Positions 36,347 through 46,449 of a stretch of DNA of 53,172 nucleotides are shown here, piece by piece. A program made the translations under genes and the position numbers. The stretch is from Chloroflexota bacterium (GTDB lineage Bacteria > Chloroflexota > Dehalococcoidia > SZUA-161): NCBI GenBank assembly GCA_021787935.1, contig JAJYLC010000004.1, forward strand, positions 1-53,172, read 5' to 3'. Position 1 is the first letter of the stretch; each line of letters begins with the position of its first letter. The notes under the pieces are model-generated. The model saw only the letters and a list, made by a program, of their open reading frames with translations. It did no database searches and was not told the DNA's origin.

Positions 36347-37909
36347 ATGTCCCGCAGCAGAAGACTAATTACTCTAAGCACGCTCTCAGGTATACTTGCC
36401 CAGGCCGAGAAAATAGAAGATATCCTTCCCACGGCCATTGGGATAGTTGCCGATGTCATGGGAATCGAGATAGTTCGGATATATACACTGGATACCAGAA
36501 CAAATGAACTCGTGCTATCGGCGTACCGTGGAGTTACCGAGGAATTTGCCCGCATGGTAAGCAGAGTAAAACTGGGCGAGGGACTCAACGGCCATGCTGC
36601 AGAGACCGGCGAACCCATGATGGTGAGCGAGGCCACCCAGGACCCCAGATTGTTCAGGGAGGCGATTCGGCGGGAGAAAATCAGGGCCCAGCTTGTTGTT
36701 CCTATGAAATCGAGGGGACAGGTGGTCGGCACAATCTGTGTGGCTACACGCCAGAAGCAGGAGTTCAGCACCGAGGAAATGGAACTGCTGACAGCCATTG
36801 GCAATCAAATCGGCATCGCTATAGATAAAGCCAGTCTTTATCAGGAACAGGCATCGCTGACCGAGCTATTAAGGTTATCCGAGGCAAAATATCGCGAGCT
36901 ATTCCAGGATGCCAGCGACGCTATCATAATACATGACATGGAAGGTAATATTACCGACGCAAATAAGGCATGTGAAAAGCTGCTAGGTTATCCGGTGGAC
37001 GAGCTGGTAAGCAAGAAGGCTTCAAATTTCCTTCGAACAGACGCTCTCGCCCTGGCCCGTCAAATTCGGAAGAAGCTGCTCAGCGGGGAGAAAATAGAGC
37101 AGCGCTATGAGCAGCATCTAGCCAGACGAGACGGTAGTGAAGCTATCATTGAGATGGTCACCAGACTGATTACCGACAATGGTAAGCCTGCCGGATTCGA
37201 GAATATCGGCCGTGACGTTACCGATGAACGCAAGATGCGGGATAATCTTCGTTTCTACCTGAAGCAGGTCCTACAAGCGCAGGAAGAGGAACGCAAACGC
37301 ATTTCTCGCGAGCTTCATGACGATGCCGGTCAATCCTTACTGCTGCTGATACACCGGTTGGATGCGCTGGCTTCCGACCCTGCTAACAAGCTGCCCAAGC
37401 AGGCTAAAGATAAGGTCACCCGGCTGCATCGCCTGGCTGTGAAGATTCTCGATGGCCTGAGGAGCTACGCCCAGGAGCTGTGGCCTGCTATTCTGGACCA
37501 CATGGGGCTGGTAGCCGCGCTGGGATGGATGGCCGAGAAACTGGAGAGGGAAGGAAAGACGAAAGTTGTCGTGGAGGTACGTGGGGCGGAATTCGAACTG
37601 TCACCTGAGGCTAAGCTGGTACTTTTCCGCATCGCTCAAGAAGCGTTAAATAATGTGAAGAAGCATTCCGAGGCAGCTAAGGTGGTGGTTAAATTGGAAT
37701 ACAAGCTGCAGAAGATAGTAATGACGATAACCGATAATGGCAAGGGGTTTGAGCCGCCGGCAAGGCTGAGCGACCTCGCCAGCATCGGTAAGCTGGGCCT
37801 AACTGGCATGGAAGAACGGGCAAGACTGCTTGGCGGTATTCTACAGGTTCAGTCCAGGCCAGGACAGGGGACGACGGTAACGGCTGAGTTGCCGCTAAGC
37901 AGCACATGA
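36347..37909 (+). CDS. Cytoplasmic GAF-PAS sensor histidine kinase (HisKA_3)
   Basis: GAF domain, PAS (ASDAII..NKAC), QEEERKRISRELHDD, QEALNNV.KH, DNGKGF, GLTGMEER. Confidence 0.92.
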   Translation: MSRSRRLITLSTLSGILAQAEKIEDILPTAIGIVADVMGIEIVRIYTLDTRTNELVLSAYRGVTEEFARMVSRVKLGEGLNGHAAETGEPMMVSEATQDPRLFREAIRREKIRAQLVVPMKSRGQVVGTICVATRQKQEFSTEEMELLTAIGNQIGIAIDKASLYQEQASLTELLRLSEAKYRELFQDASDAIIIHDMEGNITDANKACEKLLGYPVDELVSKKASNFLRTDALALARQIRKKLLSGEKIEQRYEQHLARRDGSEAIIEMVTRLITDNGKPAGFENIGRDVTDERKMRDNLRFYLKQVLQAQEEERKRISRELHDDAGQSLLLLIHRLDALASDPANKLPKQAKDKVTRLHRLAVKILDGLRSYAQELWPAILDHMGLVAALGWMAEKLEREGKTKVVVEVRGAEFELSPEAKLVLFRIAQEALNNVKKHSEAAKVVVKLEYKLQKIVMTITDNGKGFEPPARLSDLASIGKLGLTGMEERARLLGGILQVQSRPGQGTTVTAELPLSST

Positions 37910-37970
37910 ACTCTAGAAAATTCAAATGTAGTGTTTCCCCAAATAACAACTTATGAGCCTCAGATGGGGA

Positions 37971-38429
37971 CTACAGATATGCCAATAGCAGATTGTTTAT
38001 TACAGCAACCAGAGCCATCACTGCATAAGGAAGGAGCAGGAATACAAAAGCGGCCCGTCCGAAACCTTTGAATCCGGACCTGAGGAGAATAAACCGTAAA
38101 GCTATAGCTGCAATTGATATGGCAAACACAGCGGCCAGGTCGGCCAGGAACAGCCCCGCAAATCCGCCCTTCTCCAGTGCCCATCTGGCGAGTGAGCCAG
38201 CTTCGTTGAGATAACTTTTTCCGCTTAGACCCAGGACGGCGTAAGTGCTGGCATAGTCCATAAGGGCCATAAATATCACGAACGCAAGCAGCCAGGGTTC
38301 CCGCCATCGCCAGATAAATCTTGATGCCGCTTCCATATATCGCTCGGCGCGGCGGTCTCTCTCTACGGCTTTCCTCAATCTGCCCTTTATAAACTGGAGT
38401 ACTGAGTCCAAGGAGTCCCTTTCTTCCAA
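37971..38429 (-). CDS. Small membrane protein (DUF5658-like)
   Basis: Three hydrophobic segments with a D..STY..L...E.G.L pattern and C-terminal VINN. Confidence 0.55.
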   Translation of the reverse strand: MEERDSLDSVLQFIKGRLRKAVERDRRAERYMEAASRFIWRWREPWLLAFVIFMALMDYASTYAVLGLSGKSYLNEAGSLARWALEKGGFAGLFLADLAAVFAISIAAIALRFILLRSGFKGFGRAAFVFLLLPYAVMALVAVINNLLLAYL

Positions 38430-38727
38430 CCTATCTACTCCGCCAGTCTCAACCTATCAAATTAAAAGTATAGGTTATCTTATTACAAACTGGTATCCTA
38501 CTTTTGTACTGTGCACTTTATTACTCGAATGCTCCAGGAGAGCAAGAGCAGCATATTCCATGCTCTTCCCTAATCATAATCCTGTCCAACCATTGCTCAG
38601 CTTTTGGCTGACCTTAAAGCTGCACCATCCAAGAATTCCATAGACAATTCGGCTAAATGTGGTTGAACTTAAGAAACAGAGCCGAAGACAGATTAATTCT
38701 GCTTTGAAAGCCAATTATCAGGATAAT

Positions 38728-39387
38728 CTAAAGACCTACTTCAGCATCATCCTTGAATCCGATTTCGAGGTGGGAGCCGTCACAAAACGGTTTGTTCTTG
38801 GAGTGGCCGCATCGGCAGAGTGTGTAATGTTCCGGGCACGCTGGCTCTGATTTCATATCATCTTTTAATCGTATTGCTCCGACCACTTTGAACGGGCCAT
38901 TCTTGGCAACTGTAATGGCAGGCTCGCGTTTGAAGGCCTGACAATGTCTGCCGCCCACCTTGTAGGTCAACGCCCCGGAAGGGCATTTCTTGATAGTCTC
39001 GATAATCTTCTTTACATTGACAGCATCCGGGTTCTCCTCCTCAAAAACCTGAGGCAGATTGTTGACACACGACATGTCGCGGGAGCAGACGTTAGTATTG
39101 TCCACAATGGTGATATTCTTTCCTTTCCATTCTTTTACCTTGCCCGTTATTCTATTTGGGTCCTTATCACCGACAAAGCCGATCTCAGCGTGGGAACCAT
39201 CGCAATAAGGCTTGTTTTTTGAGGCACCGCATCGGCAGAGCGACATGACTGGTTGCACCGGCAGAGGCCGTTCTTCTGAATCTCTAAAGTTCTTGAGGTC
39301 TCTGACTATGTAGGGGCCGTTTTTTACCACCGTGATGATAGGCTTTCGGTTTCTTGGACGCCTGATTCCTGTGTTTGCTTTTTTCAC
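38728..39387 (-). CDS. CDGSH iron-sulfur domain protein (two CDGSH repeats flanking a divergent Fe-S domain)
   Basis: Two LCRCG.SKNKP.CDGSH motifs and a central C..C..KCPSGAL. Confidence 0.9.
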   Translation of the reverse strand: MKKANTGIRRPRNRKPIITVVKNGPYIVRDLKNFRDSEERPLPVQPVMSLCRCGASKNKPYCDGSHAEIGFVGDKDPNRITGKVKEWKGKNITIVDNTNVCSRDMSCVNNLPQVFEEENPDAVNVKKIIETIKKCPSGALTYKVGGRHCQAFKREPAITVAKNGPFKVVGAIRLKDDMKSEPACPEHYTLCRCGHSKNKPFCDGSHLEIGFKDDAEVGL

Positions 39388-39537
39388 ACCACCATTTTAT
39401 CTCTTCTTACATTCGACCGCAATAAGTTGAAATGCTCCCCAAAATACAACCTGGCTTGCTGCGGTTTTGTATAACGATGTGTATACTGGCGTAAGTATTA
39501 CGTGGATGTCACGGCATGTCTGTAGAGAAAAATGAAG

Positions 39538-40593
39538 CTATTTTACAGCATCTGCCTGGCGAATGGACGCCAAATCGAGGTGTTGTTCCAGAAGCTGCAC
39601 TAACTTGTCCACCTTCTGCTCATGGGAGAACTTGGCCTTGTCCCAGACCCTCTCCAGTGCCTCCAGGGTATGCACTGTGTCATCTTTCACCACAGCTACA
39701 GGCGTTTTAACCGCCTTAGCCCGGCTCAGGATGTTGGGCAGAGGACTTATATTGTTGGTGAGTACGAGGCAGTTTGTTAAAGTTTCCAAAGCGGCCAACT
39801 GAATATCCGGGCGGTCACCGCGAGTGACCACTACTTTACGAGGTTTCAGGCTCAGGTACGAAATTGCAGGATCCGGAGACATAGCCCCCACCATTATGCT
39901 CTCCACAAGCTCCCCTGAGCGTTCAGGGGAGTTGAGGATATTTCCTCCCAGATGCTCCGCAAGCTCGCCAACGCTTACGGTGAGCAATACTCGCTCCTCA
40001 GGCAGCACTCCCAGAACTTTAATGCCGCCTCGCTCTATTCCAGGCACGATATCAACTTTCACCGAATCCATCCTGCGCTGGGGCACGGCGTTGATTATCA
40101 CGCCAAGGAGATGTCCGCCCAGCATCTTGGCTGCGTCCACGACCTGGCTGACCCGGAGGGTGCTCTCATAACGGATGATAAGGATAGCCCTGGCACCGAG
40201 CGTTTCTACAATTCGACTTCCAGCAAGCGCCATATCGCTGCCCGCTTTGAAACCGCTCACGCCTTCCAGCAGAACTACATCCTTACCGTGGGAAACCGCG
40301 CCTAGAGCCTCTTTCGCCCTATTGAGCCAGGCAGGTTCCTTTTCGTTTGCTGAAGCTAAGAGATCCTTGGCGCCGAGGTAATTAGGACAAAGCAATTCGA
40401 CCGGTTCTTCCAGAGCCAGCGTAAGTTTTATGAACTCGAAATCTTTATCGCTGGAATCAGCTTTCTCGGCAATAGCCACAGGCTTGAGATACCCTACCTT
40501 CCGGCCATCCGCCCTAAATATTTTGCCCAGCGCAGCACACAAAGCGCTTTTCCCAGCTGCTTCACCCATAGAAGTAAGGTACAAAGCAATCAT
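39538..40593 (-). CDS. BioD-like/DRTGG phosphotransacetylase N-terminal domain protein
   Basis: AGKSA P-loop, GYLKPV, LLEG, VGAM, TRGDRPDIQLAAL; no catalytic PTA domain. Confidence 0.85.
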   Translation of the reverse strand: MIALYLTSMGEAAGKSALCAALGKIFRADGRKVGYLKPVAIAEKADSSDKDFEFIKLTLALEEPVELLCPNYLGAKDLLASANEKEPAWLNRAKEALGAVSHGKDVVLLEGVSGFKAGSDMALAGSRIVETLGARAILIIRYESTLRVSQVVDAAKMLGGHLLGVIINAVPQRRMDSVKVDIVPGIERGGIKVLGVLPEERVLLTVSVGELAEHLGGNILNSPERSGELVESIMVGAMSPDPAISYLSLKPRKVVVTRGDRPDIQLAALETLTNCLVLTNNISPLPNILSRAKAVKTPVAVVKDDTVHTLEALERVWDKAKFSHEQKVDKLVQLLEQHLDLASIRQADAVK

Positions 40594-40759
40594 CTAATCC
40601 CTCATCTCAAGCCCGATTCTAGCTTCGGCGAATCTCGCCAATAAAGTATATCACATCTCCGGCACCTGTCCAAGGCTACAGGCTGTCTCGAAAAAATGAC
40701 TGACTTCTGTTAAAATGCCCAAGGCATCCATTGTCAGGCTTCAAGCAACAGGAGGTAAA

Positions 40760-41254
40760 ATGGAGAAGCTATGGTCATCCTGGAGGACAGAGTACATACG
40801 AGGTGAGAAAACGAAAGAATGCATCTTTTGTCAAAAGCTCCAGGAGAACAAAGACAGTGAAAATTACGTTCTCTTCAGGGGAAAGACGAACTTCGTGATG
40901 TTAAATAAGTACCCTTATAATCCCGGGCACCTGATGGTAGCGCCCTTCAGGCATCTGGCAACACTTGATGAGCTAACTGATGAAGAGCTTTTTGAGCACT
41001 TTGACTCGGTGAGAAGTAGCGTCAGGGCATTAAAAGAGGTGTACAAACCTGAGGGGTTCAACATCGGCATAAATCTGGGGCTGGTAGCGGGGGCCGGGGT
41101 GGAAAGTCATGTCCACACTCACATCGTCCCCCGCTGGAATGGCGACACCAATTTCATGCCTGTATTAGCTGATACCAAAGTATTGTCGGAAGGGCTGGCT
41201 TCAACCTATGCCCAGTTGAAAGAGATAGTCGCCCGGAATATGCGGAGAACCTGA
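40760..41254 (+). CDS. HIT domain protein (FHIT/Ap4A phosphorylase-like)
   Basis: LWSSWR, CIFC, LNKYPYNPGHLM, AGAGV..HVHTHIVPRW.GD; ATG 40760 after a GGAGG SD. Confidence 0.9.
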   Translation: MEKLWSSWRTEYIRGEKTKECIFCQKLQENKDSENYVLFRGKTNFVMLNKYPYNPGHLMVAPFRHLATLDELTDEELFEHFDSVRSSVRALKEVYKPEGFNIGINLGLVAGAGVESHVHTHIVPRWNGDTNFMPVLADTKVLSEGLASTYAQLKEIVARNMRRT

Positions 41255-41434
41255 TCTCCGAAGATAAAGACGCTTCCCTCCGGGGCACTATGTATTATGC
41301 AAGTTTAAGAGCATCCCTACGAGTCTTCCTTTGTCGTTGTAATCTGTTCCAGGCTGGCTCGCACACAAACCAAGCTCAGGCTGGAGGGGAAAACGCCTAA
41401 AAATTGATAAAAATTCAATATTTCTGCAAGTTAC

Positions 41435-41495
41435 TGGACATTTATTGCGATTTAACTTATAATAATAATGGCGTCGATAGTGATCTATTTCACAA
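41435..41495 (+). promoter_or_regulatory. Promoter of the hydrogenase operon with a downstream Rex-like operator
   Basis: TGGACA-17 bp-TATAAT (41435-41463); TAGTGAT-CTAT-TTCACAA (41478-41495), 2 mismatches to TTGTGAA-N4-TTCACAA. Confidence 0.55.
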
Positions 41496-41739
41496 AGCTG
41501 TAGCGGGATGAGATGAGCGGGCTGCTACGGAGGCAGTAAGCCGCAGGCAATGACAGAGAGGATCACTTGGAACTCCGTTTATCCCCTTTGCCTTATATTG
41601 CGCTGGGCAAGTGGTGATTACTCCCACTGGTTCTCTGCTTACTATTTGAAATCTTCCCTACTCAGAAATGATATGATCCAAGCTATGCCTATCTCTATAA
41701 TTAGCGGATAGTTCACCTAATTGCCAAGGAGGCTTAACG

Positions 41740-43530
41740 ATGTGGAAAACTGAAAGTAAAGGGATAGCCCGCGCGGAGGAAGCAGTAAAACAATTTCTGC
41801 CCCCGTGCCAGATAAAATGTCCCATCAATGAGGACATTCAGCGGACTAATGTACTCATCTCGCTACTTCCTGAGGATCCCCAATTGGCCCGGGAGGGAAT
41901 AATTCAAATAAGTGATTATCTGTACAACAAAAACCCCTTTTTCAATATCTGTGGGTATATCTGCGGATTGTGCGAGCTTGAATGCAATTACAAGGCCAAA
42001 GGAGGGGCTGTCAGGAGGAGGCTTCTCAAGAGGTTCCTATCCGATGTCTTTACCGATTATCTGAAACAAAAAGAGGAATTCAGCATAGTTAAGGACAAGG
42101 AGAATGTCGCTATCGTAGGCGGAGGCCCGGGCGGACTGATGTGTGCCTATGTACTGAGCAAAAAGGGATACCGGGTAACTATATTCGAATCTTCCAATCG
42201 GCTGGGCGGCGCACTCTGGCTAATTCCGAATTACCGTTTGCCCGAAGAAGTTTTGAAAACAACCGTTGACAATTTAGTCAGGATTGCCGGGATAGACGTT
42301 AAATTTGGCGCGAAACTGGGTGAGGGGAAACTGACAATCGAGAGATTAAGAAACGAGGGGTACAAAGCCGTTTTCCTGGCTAAAGGAACGCCTTATCCCA
42401 GGGTTTTGACATTCGACGGCGCTGTTGTAGAGGGACAGGACCTCTCTGGTGTCATGTACGGACATACTCTTCTCTATGAAGTCAGTCACGGCAACATCGG
42501 GGCTAATTATTTTAAGGGCAAGAAGCTAATCGTAATCGGTGGTGGTAATGTGGCTTTTGATGTTGCCAGGACATCGAGGAGGCTGGGTGGAGATGTCACC
42601 GTTGCCTGTTTGGAGAGTGAAGATAAATCTTCGAGGGACGGCATACCTGCCGACGAAGAGGAAATAAGCGCAGCGTGGGAGGAGGGGATAAAGATAATCT
42701 ACTCTCGCGGTGTGAAGAAGATTATCGGAGAACACGGGAAATTCAAGGGGATTGAGTGTCCCAAGTGCACCAGTGTATTCGATGAAAAAGGTTTTAACCC
42801 TAAATTCGACGGCTCCGACTGCTTAGACTTGCATGCAGACATGCTGATAATCACCGTAGGGCAAGTGCCCGACAGGGCTTTCCTGCAAAGGGAAGGGCTT
42901 GTGGATGAGAGAGGCAGGCTTGCGGTTGATCCCTTTACATTGCAGAGTCTGCTGAAGGAGCAGATATTCATAGGTGGGGATGTCAGGAGAATAGGATTCA
43001 TGGCAGAGGCCATGAAAGAAGGGAAAGTAGCTGCCGACTCAATTGAGCGATACCTGAGAGGTCTGGATATGAGGGAGGGCAGGCAGAGGGATTACGAAGC
43101 GTACAGTATTCCGCTGAGGAAGACTTATAAACCTGAAACCGAAGTGGCCTGGATACCTCCGGAGAAGAGGATGCACTTCCAGTTATTTGAGAGAGGGCTT
43201 ACGCTGCAAGAGGCAAGGGCGGAGGCCAAAAGATGTATTACCTGCGGCCCCTGTGTGTCATGCAAGGCCTGCATTTCCATCGGTTTCGAAAAGTCGTTGT
43301 ATGCAGTTGAGGTAGACAGGGAAAAATGCAGCGGTTGCGGCATATGTGTTTTTGCCTGCAATTACAATGGGGCCCATCTGGTTGACATTGACGGGAGGAT
43401 TTCGTCTGCTACTGATATGTTTAAGTGCAAATCTTGCGGTATGTGTGTGGTGGCCTGCCCCTCGGGTGCCCGAAAAATGGTCGACGATGATACGGAGCGG
43501 AGAATTGCCAAGGTTATGGCATCCCTGTGA
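41740..43530 (+). CDS. GltD/NfnB-like FAD/NAD(P) oxidoreductase with HdrA-like C-terminal ferredoxin domain
   Basis: PPCQIKCP, CGYICGLCELEC, GGGPGG, GGGNVAFD, then CITCGPCVSCKAC, CSGCGICVFAC, CKSCGMCVVACP. Confidence 0.8.
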   Translation: MWKTESKGIARAEEAVKQFLPPCQIKCPINEDIQRTNVLISLLPEDPQLAREGIIQISDYLYNKNPFFNICGYICGLCELECNYKAKGGAVRRRLLKRFLSDVFTDYLKQKEEFSIVKDKENVAIVGGGPGGLMCAYVLSKKGYRVTIFESSNRLGGALWLIPNYRLPEEVLKTTVDNLVRIAGIDVKFGAKLGEGKLTIERLRNEGYKAVFLAKGTPYPRVLTFDGAVVEGQDLSGVMYGHTLLYEVSHGNIGANYFKGKKLIVIGGGNVAFDVARTSRRLGGDVTVACLESEDKSSRDGIPADEEEISAAWEEGIKIIYSRGVKKIIGEHGKFKGIECPKCTSVFDEKGFNPKFDGSDCLDLHADMLIITVGQVPDRAFLQREGLVDERGRLAVDPFTLQSLLKEQIFIGGDVRRIGFMAEAMKEGKVAADSIERYLRGLDMREGRQRDYEAYSIPLRKTYKPETEVAWIPPEKRMHFQLFERGLTLQEARAEAKRCITCGPCVSCKACISIGFEKSLYAVEVDREKCSGCGICVFACNYNGAHLVDIDGRISSATDMFKCKSCGMCVVACPSGARKMVDDDTERRIAKVMASL

Positions 43531-43553
43531 AAATTACTCGAAGAGGAGAAGAA

Positions 43554-43979
43554 ATGAGCAGCTATGAACCTAAATTGGTGTGCTTTTCCTGCAAGTTCGG
43601 CTGGGGATATTTGAATACTGAAGAGGCGCTGGCGAAGCAGATAAAGAACTGGGTGCCTATCATCTGCAGCGGCAAAGTTGATAGTTCCCACATTCTTACG
43701 GCCTTCCGACAGGGGGCTGATGGCGTGCTTATACTGGGTTGCCGGGGAGGCGATTGTCATTACCAGGACGGCAATTATGAGGCGAAGAAGAGGGTTTACC
43801 TACTTCATAAGGTACTCGAGTCCTATGGGATCGAAAGCGAGAGGCTCAGGATCGAGCTGTCGATAGACCCTGAAGGGAACAAAATCCCGCAACTCGTAAA
43901 GGAAATGAGTGACAGAATCGCAAAACTTGGTCCTGTCAAGAAGGTAGGAGAGCCTGCCAAGGCTGTGGCAGTGGTCTAA
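43554..43979 (+). CDS. mvhD: Hydrogenase [2Fe-2S] subunit MvhD/FlpD
   Basis: EPKLVCFSC, CSGKVD, GADGVL..GC..GDCHY..GN, GI..ERL; ATG 43554 after a GAGGAG SD. Confidence 0.88.
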   Translation: MSSYEPKLVCFSCKFGWGYLNTEEALAKQIKNWVPIICSGKVDSSHILTAFRQGADGVLILGCRGGDCHYQDGNYEAKKRVYLLHKVLESYGIESERLRIELSIDPEGNKIPQLVKEMSDRIAKLGPVKKVGEPAKAVAVV

Positions 43980-43997
43980 GAGAGAAAGGAAGCTAAG

Positions 43998-44963
43998 ATG
44001 GCAGATAAACCAAAGGTCGCTATTTGCTGGCTCGGTGGATGCGGTGGTTGTGATGAGGCGGTTGTCGATATAAACGAAGTGCTTCTGCGCGTAGCGAACG
44101 CTACCGACCTGGTATTGTGGCCAGTTGCACTTGACTTCAAATACGACCACATTGAAGCAATGAGCGATGGCGAGATTGTTTTGAGTATTATCAATGGCAA
44201 TGTGAGGAACTCTGACCAAGAGGAAATAGCCAAATTGCTCAGGAAGAAGTCTCAGTTGGTTCTGGCTTTCGGTGCCTGTGCCTGCTTCGGCGGAACGCCT
44301 GGCCTGGCCAACTTTACCACTAAAGAAGATATTTTTAACTGGGTTTACCGGGACGCGCCAACAGTGGTCAATCCCGAGGGGAAATATCCTCAACCGAAAA
44401 GCCGGGTCAATGGGAAAGAGCTGACACTGCCGAAATTCTATGAGCATGTTTTCGCCCTCAATCAGGTGATAAATGTTGACTATTACCTGCCGGGCTGTCC
44501 CCCTCCTCCCTATTTGGTAATGAATGCCGTGAGCGCAGTGCTCGAGGGGAAACTGCCCCCCAAAGGTTCGACATTGTCGCCTCGCAGAGCCCTGTGCGAT
44601 ACCTGCCCCCGGAATAAAACCAAACCGTCCCGGATAGCCTTGAGGGATATCAAAAGAATTCACGAGGTCGAGGCCGACCCTGATTCTTGCTTCCTTGCTC
44701 AGGGAATACTCTGCCTGGGAGCTGCCACTCGCGGCGGGTGCGGGGAGTCCTGTATCAGCATCAATATCCCCTGTCGTGGCTGCTTTGGCCCGGTTGACGG
44801 GGTAGTAGACTCAGGGGCAAAGTTCCTCTCTGCTCTAGCGTCTATTATAGATGCGGAGGATGATGAGGAAATGAAGAAGGTCATTGACAAGATAGATGAC
44901 CCGGCAGGCTACTGCTACCGTTTTTCACTGCCTGTCTCACTTTTGAGAGGTAAAAGGTCCTAA
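43998..44963 (+). CDS. mvhG: Group 3c [NiFe]-hydrogenase small subunit MvhG
   Basis: WLGGCGGC, AFGACACFGG, VDYYLPGCPP, CFLAQG..CLG..TR.GC..C...PCRGCFG. Confidence 0.9.
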   Translation: MADKPKVAICWLGGCGGCDEAVVDINEVLLRVANATDLVLWPVALDFKYDHIEAMSDGEIVLSIINGNVRNSDQEEIAKLLRKKSQLVLAFGACACFGGTPGLANFTTKEDIFNWVYRDAPTVVNPEGKYPQPKSRVNGKELTLPKFYEHVFALNQVINVDYYLPGCPPPPYLVMNAVSAVLEGKLPPKGSTLSPRRALCDTCPRNKTKPSRIALRDIKRIHEVEADPDSCFLAQGILCLGAATRGGCGESCISINIPCRGCFGPVDGVVDSGAKFLSALASIIDAEDDEEMKKVIDKIDDPAGYCYRFSLPVSLLRGKRS

Positions 44964-44985
44964 CGAACTTGGAGGAGCTGAGAAG

Positions 44986-46449
44986 ATGACTAGTAAGGTA
45001 ACGATAAACCCGATTACCAGACTTGAAGGACACGGGAAAATCGAGGTCTTTTTGGATGACAAAGGGAATGTGGAGGACGCTTACTTCCAGGTAGTCGAGT
45101 TGAGGGGTTTCGAGCGGTTCTGCATAGGCAGGCCCGCAGAGGAAATGCCGAGGATAGTGCCTAATATCTGCGGCGTATGCCCCACCCCCCACAATATGGC
45201 GTCTACAAAAGCCCTTGATGACCTGTACGGCGTTGAGCCAACCCCCACTGCCAAGCTAATAAGGCAGCTCCACTTAAATGCATTCTACGTGGAAGACCAC
45301 TATGTTCATTTCTTCTTTCTCGCTGCCCCGGATTTCGTGGTGGGCCCTGATTCCGACCCCGCATTGAGGAACGTCGTTGGTTTAGTAAATAAGGTGGGAA
45401 TAGATATAGGCGGCAAGGTAATAGATGTGAGGAAGAAGTGCAGAGAGATAATAAAGCTGATAGCCGGCAAGCCGTGTCACCCTGAAGGAGGCCTACCTGG
45501 AGGAGTTCCCAGAGGTATTACTGAGGAAGAAAGGAAATGGATTAAAGAGACAGCCGACTACAGCGTTGAGTTTGCTCGTTTCGCTCTGGAGATATTCAAG
45601 CAGGCCGTCCTGGATAACAAGGAGTACCTGAAGCTGGTCCTCAGTGACGCTTATAAGCTCAACACCTACTACATGGGATTGGTAGATGAGAACAAGAGAG
45701 TCAATTTTTACGAGGGTAAGTTGAGGGTGGTCGATCCCAGCGGGGCCGAATATGCGCTGTTTGACTATCGCGATTACATTAGCCACATAGGCGAGTGGGT
45801 CGAGCCCTGGACGTACATAAGGTTAACCCATCTAAAGAAAATCGGTTGGAATGGCTTGCACGACGGTAAGGGAACCTCATTGTATCGTGTTGGGCCTTTA
45901 GCTAGGCTGAATGTAGCCGAGGGTATGCTGACGCCGCTGGCGCAAAAGGAATATGAGTCCATGTATGATACACTGGGTGGCAAGCCAAGTCACCATACTC
46001 TGGCTTACCACTGGGCCAGGTTAATCGAAGCGCTTCAGGCTGCGGAGCATCTGCAGAGAATAGCGGATGATCCCCTGCTGACCAGCAAAGATATACGCAA
46101 CATGGACTTGAAATTGAAAAGACGGGGTATCGGTTGCCTCGAAGCCGCCCGAGGAACGTTAATCCACCATTATGAGACGGACGAACGCGGGATAATCACA
46201 AAGGTGAACTTGATTGTGGCCACCCAGCATAATGCAGCCCCGATAAGCCTTTCTGTGAAGAAAGCGGCCCAGGCCTTTATAAAAGGACCCGAGGTTAAGG
46301 AGGGGCTGCTCAATATGGCGGAGATGGCATTCAGGCCTTATGACCCTTGTCTGGCATGTGCCACACATGCCCTGCCGGGCGAGATGCCTTTGATAGTGAA
46401 TATAAGAGATAAACACGGCGATTTGATACGGTCTGTGCAAAGAGATTGA
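44986..46449 (+). CDS. mvhA: Group 3c [NiFe]-hydrogenase large subunit MvhA
   Basis: TRLEGHGK, ELRGFERF, L1 NICGVC, RGTLIHHY, L2 RPYDPCLACATH plus a C-terminal maturation extension. Confidence 0.92.
   Translation: MTSKVTINPITRLEGHGKIEVFLDDKGNVEDAYFQVVELRGFERFCIGRPAEEMPRIVPNICGVCPTPHNMASTKALDDLYGVEPTPTAKLIRQLHLNAFYVEDHYVHFFFLAAPDFVVGPDSDPALRNVVGLVNKVGIDIGGKVIDVRKKCREIIKLIAGKPCHPEGGLPGGVPRGITEEERKWIKETADYSVEFARFALEIFKQAVLDNKEYLKLVLSDAYKLNTYYMGLVDENKRVNFYEGKLRVVDPSGAEYALFDYRDYISHIGEWVEPWTYIRLTHLKKIGWNGLHDGKGTSLYRVGPLARLNVAEGMLTPLAQKEYESMYDTLGGKPSHHTLAYHWARLIEALQAAEHLQRIADDPLLTSKDIRNMDLKLKRRGIGCLEAARGTLIHHYETDERGIITKVNLIVATQHNAAPISLSVKKAAQAFIKGPEVKEGLLNMAEMAFRPYDPCLACATHALPGEMPLIVNIRDKHGDLIRSVQRD

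Noticed and set aside
41404-41418. FNR-like box TTGAT-N5-TTCAA
   Set aside because: Spacing and right half deviate from TTGAT-N4-ATCAA in an AT-rich background.
43554-46449. Selenocysteine recoding in Mvh subunits
   Set aside because: All ligand positions are Cys codons and the ORFs are uninterrupted.
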